Positions 1 through 10,144 of a stretch of 64,000 bases of DNA are shown here, in pieces (the first letter of the stretch is position 1; each line of letters starts with the position of its first letter). The DNA is taken from the NCBI GenBank assembly GCA_963707215.1, contig CAVPPB010000001.1, positions 192,001 to 256,000 on the forward strand. The letters are read 5' to 3'. The notes below the pieces were generated by a model. That model was not told the origin of the DNA. It made no database searches and worked only from the letters and a program-made list of their open reading frames with translations. The stretch comes from an uncultured Chloroflexia bacterium (lineage in GTDB: Bacteria > Chloroflexota > Limnocylindria > Limnocylindrales > CSP1-4). A program made the translations under genes and the position numbers.

Positions 1-89
1 TGGTTGAGCGACTCGAGGGCGACCTCGTAGTCGGCGGAGCCCGGGTCCGGGGTCGTGGCGGGTCGTGCCGGGAGGGTGCTTTCGCTCAT
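1..89 (-). CDS. Peptide ABC transporter permease (OppC/DppC-like), 5' end only
   Basis: ATG at 89 just after the oppB-like stop; open frame MSESTLPARPATTPDPGSADYEVALESLN runs off the window edge; product inferred from operon position. Confidence 0.6.
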   Translation of the reverse strand, partial: MSESTLPARPATTPDPGSADYEVALESLN

Positions 90-92
90 CGG

Positions 93-1205
93 TCAGTCGT
101 ACCTGATCCGTGGGTCGACCACGGCGTAGAGGACGTCCGCCAGCAGGTTGGCCAGCAGGACGATCATGGAGGTCACCAGGAGGAGGCCCATCAGGACGAA
201 GTAGTCGCGGGCGCCGACCGAGTCGATGAACAGGCGTCCCATCCCGGGCCAGGTGAAGATCGTCTCGGTCACGATGGCCCCCGAGAACAGGAAGGGGATC
301 TCGAGGGCGACGTTGGTGACGACGGGCAGCATCGCGTTGCGGAAGGCGTGCTTGCCGATGACCACCCGCGAGGCGAGGCCCTTGGCCTTGGCGGTCCGGA
401 CGTAGTCCTGGCCCAGGGACTCGAGCATCGAGGCCCGGACGAAGCGGCTGTCGGCGGCGATGTTGACCGCGACCAGCGTCACGACCGGCAGGATGAGGTG
501 CCGACCGATATCGGCCACGGCAGCGAGCGGGTCCTGGCCGAACGCCTCCCAGTACTGGGGCGTGTTGAACGGCGGCCAGTCCCGGGTCGTGATGATCCCG
601 CCGGTCGGTACCAACCCCAGGGCGACGCCGAAGATGAAGATGAGCATCAGGCCGAGCCAGAACGTCGGCAGGGAGTAGAAGACGTAGGCCAGGAACGTCA
701 TCCCCTGGTCGAAGAGCGAGTAGCGGTGGACCGCCGCATAGGTCCCGATCAGGATGGCCACGCCAACCCACAGGACGAGGGCGACGCTGGTCAGGATGAG
801 GGTCGCCGGGATGCGTTCGCTGATCAGCTCGGTGACCGGCCGGCCGGCCTTGATCGAGAGGCCGAGGTCGCCGTGGACGATGCCGTTGTCACCGCCGCCC
901 AGGAAGCCAGGCAGGACGTTGAGCCCACCCTGCTCGGAGATGAAGGCCTCCAGCCCGTCGTTCTCGCAGTTGAGGACGCCGAGCCAGCCACCGAACTCGA
1001 TGACGACGTTGACCGGCGTGACCTCTCCCTGGAGGCACCACCTGGCCAACCACTTGTCGCGATCCTCTTCGGTGATGCTCTTGATCCCGGCGAGGGCCGC
1101 CTGCGGCCCGCCGGGCGCGGCCCGCATCAGCAGGAAGCTGATGATGACGACGCCGAACAGGAGCGGGATCAGGCCGATGATCCGACGGAAGATGAACTTC
1201 GTCAT
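93..1205 (-). CDS. Peptide/nickel ABC transporter permease (OppB/DppB family)
   Basis: N-terminal FIFRRIIGLIPLL, GDLGLS, and the EAA-loop region DYVRTAKAKGL...HAFRNA...ETIFTWPGMG. Confidence 0.93.
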   Translation of the reverse strand: MTKFIFRRIIGLIPLLFGVVIISFLLMRAAPGGPQAALAGIKSITEEDRDKWLARWCLQGEVTPVNVVIEFGGWLGVLNCENDGLEAFISEQGGLNVLPGFLGGGDNGIVHGDLGLSIKAGRPVTELISERIPATLILTSVALVLWVGVAILIGTYAAVHRYSLFDQGMTFLAYVFYSLPTFWLGLMLIFIFGVALGLVPTGGIITTRDWPPFNTPQYWEAFGQDPLAAVADIGRHLILPVVTLVAVNIAADSRFVRASMLESLGQDYVRTAKAKGLASRVVIGKHAFRNAMLPVVTNVALEIPFLFSGAIVTETIFTWPGMGRLFIDSVGARDYFVLMGLLLVTSMIVLLANLLADVLYAVVDPRIRYD

Positions 1206-1302
1206 GGGACCCGACTGCCTCTGGGGCCTCCGCGAGCGTGGGTGCTAGAGCATGGGGACGCGCTCGGGGCCTTCTCGGCCGGCCGGCGGGTCCGGGTGGC
1301 GA

Positions 1303-1308
1303 GTATAG
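1303..1308 (-). promoter_or_regulatory. Candidate sigma70 -10 element (TATACT) for the permease genes
   Basis: agtata on + strand, about 100 nt upstream of the permease ATG and immediately downstream of the hairpin. Confidence 0.45.
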
Positions 1309-1311
1309 CGA

Positions 1312-1342
1312 GGGCGGCGGCCCGGTGACCGGGCCGCCGCCC
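1312..1342 (-). terminator. GC-rich perfect hairpin after the substrate-binding protein gene
   Basis: gggcggcggcccggt-g-accgggccgccgccc inverted repeat; no U-tract. Confidence 0.6.
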
Positions 1343-1364
1343 CGTGTCGATCGCTGGTCCTACC

Positions 1365-3227
1365 CTACTGGGTGACGAACCAGTCTTCGATGTTCCACAT
1401 GTCCGAGGCAGTGCTCGGGTTCTTGAAGAAGTTCTTGAGATCGGCAGCGACGCCGCGGGCCTCGTTGCGGTAGTAGAGCGCGACCTCGGGGGCCTGCTCC
1501 ACGTAGATCTCCTGGATCGTGTAGGCAGCCTTCAGCTGGTCCTCGGTCAGGATCGCGTCCTTGAGCGTGTTCAGCGCGGCGTCCATGTCCGGGTTGCTGT
1601 ACCGGAGGTAGTTGTAGCCGTCGCCGTTGTTCTCGTCGGTCGGGATCTGCTCCGTGTGGTAGCTGTAGTAGTAGTTGCCGAACAGGTCGAAGGAGAGGAC
1701 GTAGGCGAACTCCGCCGTGTCGTACTGGCCATGGGCCAGGTTGCACTTGGTGTCCGGGGCCACGTCCGGCCAGTTGGCGAAGTAGACCGCCGTCGAGTCG
1801 ACGAAGTTGAGCTCGAGCTGGATGCCCACTTCCTGGAGCGACGCGGCGAGGAACTCGCCGCCGGTCTGGCGGAAGCCAGCCGTCGAGGTGCAGTGGACGA
1901 AGTCCAGGTTCTCGCCGCCACCCGGCATGTTGCGGATGCCGTCGCCATCGCTGTCGGCGTAGCCGGCAGCATCAAGGCGAGCGTTCGCCGCAGCAAGATC
2001 GAACGGCAGGCACTCGAGATCCTTGTTCAGCCAGTAGTTCGTCGGGGTCGCGTTCGAGCAGGCCGGCTCCTCGGGGAGCGGCGAGCCCGGGAAGACCGTC
2101 GAGAACATGGCGTCCTTGTCGATCGCCTGGGCGATCGCAAGGCGGACCTCGGCGTCCTGGAGAGCCGGATGCCCGACACCGCGGCCGAGACCGGCCTGGT
2201 TCATGTCGAGATGCTCGTAGAGCCACGCCGGCTCGAGGATCGCCCGCCCGACGGCCGGGTCGACGACCTTGATCGCATCGTAGTCGGACTGGACGAGGTC
2301 GACGGCGACGTCGATCTCACCGGCCAGGAAGGCGGCGATCATGCCTTCCTTGTTGTCCGGGAAGAACTTGTAGGTAACGCGATCGAGGCACGGCGTCCCG
2401 TCGCAGGCCTCGGCCGGGCCGGCCCAGTTCTCGTTCCGCTCGAGCTCGATGGTGTCGGCCGAAGCGGTGACGTACTTGAAGGGACCGGAGACCGGAGCGT
2501 TGGCGATATCCGGGCTGACCGGGTACGACGTCGCGTTGGCATCCGCCACCGGGATCGTCGACATGTAGTGCTCGGGCAGGGGCGGGCTGCTGATCAGCAG
2601 GCCGAGCCAGCCGGCGTACGGCTCGACGAAGTGGACGTCGGCACTGAGACCGTCGTCCGACACCTCGAAGGAGTCGATCTTGTCCCAGCCAAGGGTCGCG
2701 ATGCCCGGCTGATCCGGCTCGAGGACCCACTCCCAGGTGTACTTCAGGTCGTTGAGGTCGAGGGTCTCGCCGTCCGACCACTTGAGCCCGGACTTGACGT
2801 TGATGGTCGCCGTGAAGCCGCCGCCGCTGGCGTCGACGACGACATCCGTGGCGGCCTTGGGCAGGGTCTCGGCAAGATCAGCCTTGTAGTGGCCATCCGC
2901 GGTGACGACGGCGAGGTTGCGCATCGTCGCGGCGAAGACCTGGCTGTTGGCGAACGCGTTGCTGTAGTACGGGTTCAGCTGGTTGGCGGCCTGCCAGTCG
3001 GAGATGATGACGCCGCCACCGGTCGTGCCCGACTCGGGCGCGTACTCGTACCCATACAGGAGCGCGTCGAAGTCGACCGGCGTCGGCTCAGGGCTCGGTT
3101 CGGTCGACGCCGGTGCCTCGGACGGGGCCGAGCTCGGTGCTTCCGACGGTGACGGCGAAGCCGCGCCCTGGCAGGCCGCGACCACGATCGCCGTGGTCGC
3201 GAGCAGGCCGAATAGTCGTTTCCGCAT
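1365..3227 (-). CDS. Peptide ABC transporter substrate-binding lipoprotein (family 5)
   Basis: Start MRKRLFGLL preceded by GGAGGA; lipobox VAAC; KWSDG, SGPFKY and ELERNENW family-5 motifs. Confidence 0.92.
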   Translation of the reverse strand: MRKRLFGLLATTAIVVAACQGAASPSPSEAPSSAPSEAPASTEPSPEPTPVDFDALLYGYEYAPESGTTGGGVIISDWQAANQLNPYYSNAFANSQVFAATMRNLAVVTADGHYKADLAETLPKAATDVVVDASGGGFTATINVKSGLKWSDGETLDLNDLKYTWEWVLEPDQPGIATLGWDKIDSFEVSDDGLSADVHFVEPYAGWLGLLISSPPLPEHYMSTIPVADANATSYPVSPDIANAPVSGPFKYVTASADTIELERNENWAGPAEACDGTPCLDRVTYKFFPDNKEGMIAAFLAGEIDVAVDLVQSDYDAIKVVDPAVGRAILEPAWLYEHLDMNQAGLGRGVGHPALQDAEVRLAIAQAIDKDAMFSTVFPGSPLPEEPACSNATPTNYWLNKDLECLPFDLAAANARLDAAGYADSDGDGIRNMPGGGENLDFVHCTSTAGFRQTGGEFLAASLQEVGIQLELNFVDSTAVYFANWPDVAPDTKCNLAHGQYDTAEFAYVLSFDLFGNYYYSYHTEQIPTDENNGDGYNYLRYSNPDMDAALNTLKDAILTEDQLKAAYTIQEIYVEQAPEVALYYRNEARGVAADLKNFFKNPSTASDMWNIEDWFVTQ

Positions 3228-3483
3228 CAGCGGTCCTCCCAAGCGGGGCAGTTTGGTCGCCCCCTTGACTCCCACATCGCAGTCCACGTCCCGCCGCCAC
3301 GGCGCTCCCTGGTCCCGGGCACCCGCTATCGCGGGATGTCCGCCGGCACGGACGGCAGGGGCTGATGAGCGAACGGTGAGCGGTCGCTGCGCTCGGCGTA
3401 CTGTGACGGACCATCACGGGGGGTGTCAACCACCACCCGGTCCGCCGTTCGTCTCGTCGCTGACTCCTCCGCTGCGGCCCGCG

Positions 3484-4092
3484 TCACTTCGTCCGATCGG
3501 CCGGCGGGGGCGACGCCACCAGGCGGATGGGCGTCACGCCCCGGCCATCGGGGCCGGACCAGCCGACCTCCACGGCCGTCGGGGCCGGTGCTCCCGTGTC
3601 GTCGGCGCGGGACGTCCCGACGATGGGGCTGGTAGCTCGGATGAAACGCTGATAGTCGAGGGCGGCGACTTCCCCCTTGGCCTCGGCGACCCGGAACGCG
3701 GTCACCGCCATGGGGTCGGTCCCGGCCTCCTCGAGCCGGATGACCCGCTCGGGCCAGACCGCCGCCGGGGCCAGCAGCAGCCCGACGAGCGCCGACCCGG
3801 CCATGAGGCTCAGGACGCTCGAGCGCCAGCGCCAGCGTGGCTCCCTGGGCCGCTCCAGGCGAGCCCGCAGCCGCTGCCATGACCCAGGCGTCGGGGCCGC
3901 CCGCCGGGACTCAGCGGCGAGGCGACGGAGGCCATGGGCGGCGCTCACCGCCGCCTCGGCCTCCGATCGGCAGCGGGGACAGGCCTCGAGGTGGGCGAAG
4001 ACCGCTTCCTGCGGTTCGCCGAGGCGGTCCGGGTCGGCCAGGAGGGCCAGGTCGTCACGGTGCTCGCGGCAGCGGCCGCCGAGGAGGATCAT
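3484..4092 (-). CDS. Putative zinc-binding anti-sigma factor (zf-HC2) with one TM helix
   Basis: HLEACPRC (HxxxCxxC) motif, hydrophobic segment, ATGA overlap with the ECF sigma stop. Confidence 0.8.
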   Translation of the reverse strand: MILLGGRCREHRDDLALLADPDRLGEPQEAVFAHLEACPRCRSEAEAAVSAAHGLRRLAAESRRAAPTPGSWQRLRARLERPREPRWRWRSSVLSLMAGSALVGLLLAPAAVWPERVIRLEEAGTDPMAVTAFRVAEAKGEVAALDYQRFIRATSPIVGTSRADDTGAPAPTAVEVGWSGPDGRGVTPIRLVASPPPADRTK

Positions 4093-4712
4093 CGGGCGTC
4101 GACCTCGGCCTCGGCCTCGGCCAGGAGCACGGCGTCGGCGGGCCCGTAGGCGCCCCCGAACCGGCGGTCGTCGACCAGCCGGCCACGGAGGATCCGGAGC
4201 GCGTAGTGGAGGCGCGACTTGACCGTACCGACCCGCAGGTCGAGGACGTCGGCCGTCTCCTGGAGGGAGAGGTCGTGGAGGTAGTACAGGACGACGACGC
4301 TGCGGTGCTTCGGCGACAGCGCCACGATGCCGTCGCGGACGATCCGGCGGAGCTCCTGGCGCTCGGCCCGCTCGTCAGGTCGCGGCCCGGCGTCGTGGAC
4401 CGCACCGGCCGCTACCGAGTCGAGCGGACTGGATGGCAGGCGCCGTCGTCCGAGGCGCGAGTAGCAGAGGTTCAGGGCGACCCGGTGGAGCCACGGCAGC
4501 GGGGACATGTCCGTCCGCAGGATCGACCGCCGCTGCCACGTCCTGGCGAAGGTGTCCTGGAGGATCTCCTCGGCGGCCTGGCGGTCGCCGGTCAACCCGT
4601 AGGCGGTCCGGAAGATGGCAGCCCGATAGCGTCCGAAGAGTGCCTCGAACGCGTCGAGGTCATCCGCCTGCATCCGGCGGATCAGCTCGACGTCGGGGAC
4701 GGCCGCGTTCAC
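4089..4712 (-). CDS. ECF RNA polymerase sigma factor
   Basis: AFEALF...AEEILQDTF...WLHRVALN (region 2) and LSLQETADVLDLRVGTVKSRLHYA (region 4). Confidence 0.95.
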   Translation of the reverse strand: MNAAVPDVELIRRMQADDLDAFEALFGRYRAAIFRTAYGLTGDRQAAEEILQDTFARTWQRRSILRTDMSPLPWLHRVALNLCYSRLGRRRLPSSPLDSVAAGAVHDAGPRPDERAERQELRRIVRDGIVALSPKHRSVVVLYYLHDLSLQETADVLDLRVGTVKSRLHYALRILRGRLVDDRRFGGAYGPADAVLLAEAEAEVDAR

Positions 4713-4764
4713 GTTGGCGTCGACGATGGGTAGGTCCTCGCTGGGGGTGCCCCCGATATCACCA

Positions 4765-4790
4765 TACGCAGGAAGCGGGGAAGAGGTTCG
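4765..4790 (-). promoter_or_regulatory. Candidate ECF (SigW-like) autoregulatory promoter CGAACC-N16-CGTA
   Basis: Minus strand cgaacc-tcttccccgcttcctg-cgta, about 50 nt upstream of the sigma start. Confidence 0.6.
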
Positions 4791-4854
4791 AACGGCCCCG
4801 CCAGGCGGGCCGTCCGGCAGGGGACCGGTGGCAGCCCGGTCGCTCCTCGGGCCA

Positions 4855-6357
4855 TCAGTCCGGGCAGGGCGTGTCCTCGCCGGCCGCCGGCCGCCAGCGC
4901 AGGTTGGGGTGCCGGGCCGCCGCCGCCTCGTCGAGCCGGCGGACCGGCGTGCTGTGCGGCGCCTCGCGGACCAGATCCGGCGTCGTCCGGGCCTCGTCGG
5001 CGATGGCGATCAGCGTGTCCGCGAAGGCATCGAGCGTCTCGAGCGTCTCCGTCTCGGTCGGCTCGATGAGCATCGCCTCCTCGACGTTGAGCGGGAAGTA
5101 GACCGTCGGCGGATGGAACCCGAAGTCGATGAGCCGCTTGGCGACGTCCAGAGTCCTGATGCCGGTGGCCCGCTTCAGCGATGCCGTCGAGGCGATGAAC
5201 TCGTGCTTGCAGTGCCGGCCGAACGGGACGTCGTACGAGCCGTCGGCCTCCAGGCGGCGCTTCAGGTAGTTGGCGGCCAGCACCGCGTCATCGGAGACCG
5301 TTCGCAGCTCACGCCCGTGGGCCCGGATGTACGCGTACGCCCGGATGAGCACGCCGGTGTTGCCGACGAAGCTCCGCATCCGCCCGATCGAGGTGGGTCG
5401 CTCGCCAGGGCGCTCGAGGCGCAGGGATCCGTCGGTCTCGCGGACGACTCGTGGCGAGGGCAGGAACGGCTCCAGGCGCTCCCCCACCCCGACCGGTCCG
5501 GCGCCCGGGCCGCCCCCGCCGTGCGGCGTGCTGAACGTCTTGTGGACGTTGAAGTGCATGACGTCGAAGCCCGCCCGCCCAGGCTTGAAGTGGCCCATGA
5601 TGGCGTTCAGGTTGGCGCCGTCCATGTAGGCGAGCGCGCCGGCCTCGTGGACGGCCTCGAGCAGCTCGCCGATCCGTGCCTCGAAGAGACCGAGGGTCGA
5701 TGGGTTCGTGATCATGATGGCGGCGGTCCGGGGGCCGAGGGTGGCCCGGAAGGCGTCGACGTCGACGGAGCCGTCGGCCAGCGAGGGGATGTTGACCGTC
5801 CGGTAGCCGGCCATCGTCGCGGTCGCCGGGTTCGTGCCATGGGCGCTGTCCGGGACCAGGACCTCGTTCCGTTCACCGTCGCCGCGCGACCGGTGGTAGG
5901 CCCGGACCATGAGGATGCCGGTCAGCTCTCCCTGGGCACCAGCCGCCGGCTGGAGGGTGACGGCCCGCATCCCGCTGATCTCGGCGAGAGCGGCCTCGAG
6001 CTCCCGGAGCAGCTCGAGGGTCCCCTGTGCCAGCACGTCCGGCGCCTCGGGATGGAGGCCGGCGAAGCCTGGCAGCCGGGCGGCCCACTCGTTGATCTTG
6101 GGGTTGTACTTCATCGTGCAGCTGCCCAACGGATAGAAGCCGGTGTCCACGGCGTGGTTCAGCTGCGAGAGGTTGACGAAGTGGCGGACGACCTCGGGTT
6201 CGGCGACCTCCGGCAGTGCAGCCGGGATCGACCGCCGGTGCTCCGACGGGATCCGGTCGAGGGCGTCCTTCGGCGGATGGGGCACCTTGCCCCCGCCGCG
6301 GCCCGGGCGCGACAGCTCGAAGACGGTCGGCTGGGTGCGTTCGCCGGTGACGCTCAA
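4855..6357 (-). CDS. gcvPB: Glycine dehydrogenase (decarboxylating) subunit 2
   Basis: YPLGSCTMKYNP, LQPAAGAQGE, HKTFSTPHGGGGPG (PLP lysine). Confidence 0.97.
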   Translation of the reverse strand: MSVTGERTQPTVFELSRPGRGGGKVPHPPKDALDRIPSEHRRSIPAALPEVAEPEVVRHFVNLSQLNHAVDTGFYPLGSCTMKYNPKINEWAARLPGFAGLHPEAPDVLAQGTLELLRELEAALAEISGMRAVTLQPAAGAQGELTGILMVRAYHRSRGDGERNEVLVPDSAHGTNPATATMAGYRTVNIPSLADGSVDVDAFRATLGPRTAAIMITNPSTLGLFEARIGELLEAVHEAGALAYMDGANLNAIMGHFKPGRAGFDVMHFNVHKTFSTPHGGGGPGAGPVGVGERLEPFLPSPRVVRETDGSLRLERPGERPTSIGRMRSFVGNTGVLIRAYAYIRAHGRELRTVSDDAVLAANYLKRRLEADGSYDVPFGRHCKHEFIASTASLKRATGIRTLDVAKRLIDFGFHPPTVYFPLNVEEAMLIEPTETETLETLDAFADTLIAIADEARTTPDLVREAPHSTPVRRLDEAAAARHPNLRWRPAAGEDTPCPD

Positions 6358-7752
6358 GGTCCAGCCACCCTGCTGGCCGAAGCGGGCGTCACCTCGAGCA
6401 CCTTCGCCATGGCCCGCGCCAAGCGCTCGATCTCCTCGTCGGTGGTCACCTCGGTGGCACAGAGGAGGAGCCCGTCGGCGAGCGAGAGATCTCCGGGCTC
6501 CAGCTCCGCGAGCGGGATCCCGGCCAGGACGCCGTGCTCCAGGAGCCGCCGGTGGACCGCCACCGCGTCGGGGACCCGAACGGCGAACTCGTTCAGGTAG
6601 GGACCGGCGTGGAAGCGCGGCACACCGATGGCGGCAAGGGCGCGCTCCAGCGCGGCGGCCCGGGCAGCCCCGTCCGCTGCGACGTCGCGGAGCCCGTGCG
6701 GACCGATGGCCGCCAGGTAGACACCCGCCGCCAGGGCGAGGAGGGCCTGGTTCGTGCAGATGTTGCTGGCCGCTCGCTCGCGCCGGATGTCCTGCTCACG
6801 AGCCCGGAGCGTCATGACGAACGCCCGCCGCCCGTCCACGTCGGTCGCCATCCCGACGAGGCGCCCGGGGATCTGGCGGACCAGCGCATCGGTCGAGGCC
6901 AGTAGGCCCAGGTACGGACCTCCGTACGAGAGTGGGATGCCGAGCGGCTGGCCCTCGCCGGCGGCGATGTCCGCGCCGTATGCCCCGGGCGGCTCCAGGA
7001 CGGCCAGCGAGACCGGCTCGACCACCGCCACGAACAGCCCGCCGCCGTCGTGGGCGAGGCCAGCGATCCGCTCCATCGGCTCGAGCAGTCCGAGGACGTT
7101 CGGCTGCGCCGCGATCACCCCGGCGACGGGCCGCTCCGGGTCCCCGAGGAGTCGCTCCAGGGCGGCCAGGTCGGTCGTCCCGGCGCTGGGCCCGTCCGCC
7201 ACGAGAGGGATCTCGTCGAGCTCGAGGTCGCCGCCCGACAGGTAGGTGGCGACGGTCTCCCGATACTCGCGATGGACCCCTCGCGAGACGAGGACCCGTG
7301 TCCGTCGAGTGGCCCGGCAGGCCATCAGGGCAGCCTCGGCCGTGGCCGCAGCTCCGTCGTAGTGCGAAGCGGAGACGACGTCCATCGCCGTGAGCTCCGC
7401 GATCAACGACTCATACTCGTAGATGCTCTGAAGCGTGCCCTGGCTCACCTCGGGCTGGTACGGCGTGTAGGCCGTGTACCACTCGCCGCGGAGGAGGATC
7501 TGGTCGACCACGGGCGGGACGTAGTGGCGGTAGGCACCTGCCCCGAGGAACGAGGCCAGGTCGACGCGGTTGCGCTCCGAGAGACGCAGGAGCCGCGAGG
7601 CCAGCACGGACTCCGGGTCGGGCGGCGGAAGGTCGAGGCCGTCCTCGCGAAGCGGCCCGGGGATGTCGTCGAAGAGCCGGTCGACCGAAATCGATCCCCA
7701 GGGCGGCAAGCATGGCCGCCCGGTCGGCCGACGTGTGCGGACCGTAGGCCAT
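6354..7752 (-). CDS. gcvPA: Glycine dehydrogenase subunit 1, frameshifted near 7689 (probable sequencing error)
   Basis: N-terminus MAYGPHTSADRAAMLAALGID in one frame continues as SVDRLFDDIP...FLGAGAY...TAYTPYQPEVSQG after removing one extra T. Confidence 0.92.
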
Positions 7753-7759
7753 CGTCGGG

Positions 7760-8140
7760 TCAGCCCTCGGCGGTCAGCTCTTCGTAGGCCGAGGCGTCCA
7801 GGAGCTCCCCAGCCTGGTCGCCGTCCTCGAGACGGATCCGGACGATCCAGCCCTCACCGTAGGGATCGCTGTTCACCAGCTCCGGGTGGTCGGCGAGACG
7901 CTCGTTCCGCTCGATCACCTCGCCGGTCAGGGGCGCGAAGAGGTCGCTGACGGCCTTGACCGACTCGACCACCCCGAAGGTGGCGAACTGCTCGAGCGGG
8001 GTGCCGGCATCCGGAAGCTCGACGAAGACGATGTCGCCGAGCTGCTCGGCGGCGTAGTCGGTGATCCCGACCGTCGCCTCGTCGCCGTCCAGGCGGACCC
8101 ACTCGTGCTCCTTGGTGTACCGCAGGTCCGAGGGGATCAT
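7760..8140 (-). CDS. gcvH: Glycine cleavage system H protein
   Basis: YTKEHEW, VESVKAVSD lipoyl-lysine motif, NSDPYGEGW. Confidence 0.98.
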   Translation of the reverse strand: MIPSDLRYTKEHEWVRLDGDEATVGITDYAAEQLGDIVFVELPDAGTPLEQFATFGVVESVKAVSDLFAPLTGEVIERNERLADHPELVNSDPYGEGWIVRIRLEDGDQAGELLDASAYEELTAEG

Positions 8141-8214
8141 CCGGGCGGCTCCTCCTTGGTGGCCACCGCCCGCCCGACGAGGGCGGTCGGCGGGCCGATC
8201 ATGGTCCGGGAAGG

Positions 8215-9357
8215 TCAGCGCGGCCGCCGGTAGAACGGCAGCTCGACTACCCTGGCGGCCACCCGACGGTCGCGGACCTCGACGTCGAGCATCGTACCCG
8301 GTTCGCCATCGCCCGGAGCGACGTAGGCCATGGCGATGGGCACCCCGAGCGTCGGCGAGGGAGCGCCCGAGGTGATCGTGCCGGTCCGCCGGTCGCCGGC
8401 CAGCACCGGGTAGCCGTGTCGGGCGATCCCGCGACCCTCGACCACCAGGCCGACGAGCCGCCTGGTCGGACCGTCGCGGACCACCCGGGCGAGGGCGTCG
8501 TGGCCCACGAAACCGCCTTCCTTGTCGAGTTTGACGACCCGGGCCAGGCCGGCCTCGATGGGGTTCGTGCCCCGGTCGAGCTCGTTGCCGTACAGCGGCA
8601 TGCCCGCCTCGAGACGAAGGGTGTCCCTGGCACCCAGTCCGATCGGCTGCAGGCCCCGGTCGGCTCCGACCTCGATCAGGGCGTCCCAGACCCTCCCGGT
8701 CGCGTCGCTGTCGACGAACAGCTCGAAGCCGTCCTCCCCCGTGTAGCCTGTCCGGGCGACGAGGGCCTCCGCCCCGACGACCGCTCCCTCGGCGGCCCCG
8801 TAGTAGCGGAGGCCAGCAAGGTCGACATCGGTGAGCGGGGCGAGGATCTCCGCCGAACGGGGGCCCTGGATCGCCACCAGGCCCGTGGCCAGCGAGCGAT
8901 CATCGAGCAGCGCCTTGCGCCCGACGAACCGCTCCGCGAGGACGTCCGAGACCCGGGCGGCGTTGGCCGCGTTGGCGACGACGAGGTAGCGATCCGCCTC
9001 GAGGCGATAGACGATGAGATCATCGATGACGCCGCCGTCCGCCGCGCACAGGAGCGAGTACTGGGCGCGTCCATCGCCGAGCGTCCGAGGATCGCTCACG
9101 ATCGCCGCCGCGAGCGCGTCACCCGCTTCGGCGCCAAGGACCCAGAGTTCGCCCATGTGGCTCAGGTCGAACAGGCCGGCGGCCGAGCGGACCACCCTGT
9201 GCTCCTCGACGATCCCGCGGTACTGGACCGGCATCCGCCAACCGGCGAACTCGATGAGTCGTCCGCCAAGCCGCAGGTGGCGATCGCTCAGTGGGGTGTC
9301 GTGGACCTCGGGGCCGGGAAGCCCACCACCGGTGCCGGAGGATCCGTGCTCGCTCAC
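8215..9357 (-). CDS. gcvT: Glycine cleavage system aminomethyltransferase T
   Basis: FAGWRMPVQY, LFDLSHMGE, RTGYTGEDGFE, GLGARDTLRLEAG. Confidence 0.97.
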   Translation of the reverse strand: MSEHGSSGTGGGLPGPEVHDTPLSDRHLRLGGRLIEFAGWRMPVQYRGIVEEHRVVRSAAGLFDLSHMGELWVLGAEAGDALAAAIVSDPRTLGDGRAQYSLLCAADGGVIDDLIVYRLEADRYLVVANAANAARVSDVLAERFVGRKALLDDRSLATGLVAIQGPRSAEILAPLTDVDLAGLRYYGAAEGAVVGAEALVARTGYTGEDGFELFVDSDATGRVWDALIEVGADRGLQPIGLGARDTLRLEAGMPLYGNELDRGTNPIEAGLARVVKLDKEGGFVGHDALARVVRDGPTRRLVGLVVEGRGIARHGYPVLAGDRRTGTITSGAPSPTLGVPIAMAYVAPGDGEPGTMLDVEVRDRRVAARVVELPFYRRPR

Positions 9358-9839
9358 GCCGGCGAACCGTCGGCGCTGAGAGCCAGTCGGGCTGCGTCCG
9401 TGACCAGGGAGATCGCCTCCAATGCCCGGGTCACGAGCGCCCGCTCGGTCGCGAAGGTCAACAGGCTCGGGGCCTCCTCGATGTCCACCCAGCGGACCTC
9501 CTCGAATTCCTGGTCATGCAGCCCCAGGTCGCCGCCCAGGGGCTGCATCAGGAAATAGTGGACGGTCTTGTCGATCCGGAGCCCTGCCTTGACGAACGAG
9601 TACTCGATCGACCCGAGCGGCCCGATGATGTCGACCTGGAGGCCGGTCTCCTCGGTGACCTCACGGCGAGCCGTCTCCTCGATCGTCTCACCCGGGTCGG
9701 GGGTGCCCTTGGGGAGGGTCCACGTGAGTCCTCCGCGCACGCGTCGCCGGCAGCCCAGCACGATCTGGGGTCGGGTGCCCTGGTAGCGGACGACGATCCC
9801 CCCGGCCGACGTGGCGGTGGCGGACCTCAGCCGGGCCAC
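9354..9839 (-). CDS. NUDIX hydrolase
   Basis: SAGGIV...WTLPKG-x5-E-x7-REVTEETG Nudix box; start placed at GTG 9839. Confidence 0.88.
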   Translation of the reverse strand: MARLRSATATSAGGIVVRYQGTRPQIVLGCRRRVRGGLTWTLPKGTPDPGETIEETARREVTEETGLQVDIIGPLGSIEYSFVKAGLRIDKTVHYFLMQPLGGDLGLHDQEFEEVRWVDIEEAPSLLTFATERALVTRALEAISLVTDAARLALSADGSPA

Positions 9840-10144
9840 GACGCCGGGGCCGCACCGGCCCGTCGCTCGGCGCCGTGCCGCGTGGATCGGGCCCAGTGCA
9901 TGGTCACCGACGGTCGGGGCGCACCACGGCGCGGCGTCGCTGGGCCCGGGGTCCCCGCCCGCCAGTGGGATCGGCCGACGGCGGGCACCGCTCGGTCGGG
10001 ACGGCGAAGCACCGTTGCGCGGGATGCGGCCGGCTCGAAGCTCGACCGACCGGCCAGCCCAAGACGGCGCGTCCGTCCGGCAGCCTGCGGGCGGGCGAAG
10101 CGAACGAAGGGGCGACCGGTCATCCCGGCGATGATGCTGCGCAC
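9827..10144 (-). CDS. Possible small Arg-rich hypothetical protein
   Basis: Fills the gap between DUF2520 and NUDIX; GTG 7 nt after a TACGAT -10-like hexamer; mostly G/C third positions. Confidence 0.4.
   Translation of the reverse strand: MRSIIAGMTGRPFVRFARPQAAGRTRRLGLAGRSSFEPAASRATVLRRPDRAVPAVGRSHWRAGTPGPATPRRGAPRPSVTMHWARSTRHGAERRAGAAPASWPG

Noticed and set aside
8141-8214. Hairpin between gcvT and gcvH considered as a glycine riboswitch
   Set aside because: Too short and lacks the GGAGA/GAAGG/CTCTCAGG aptamer motifs
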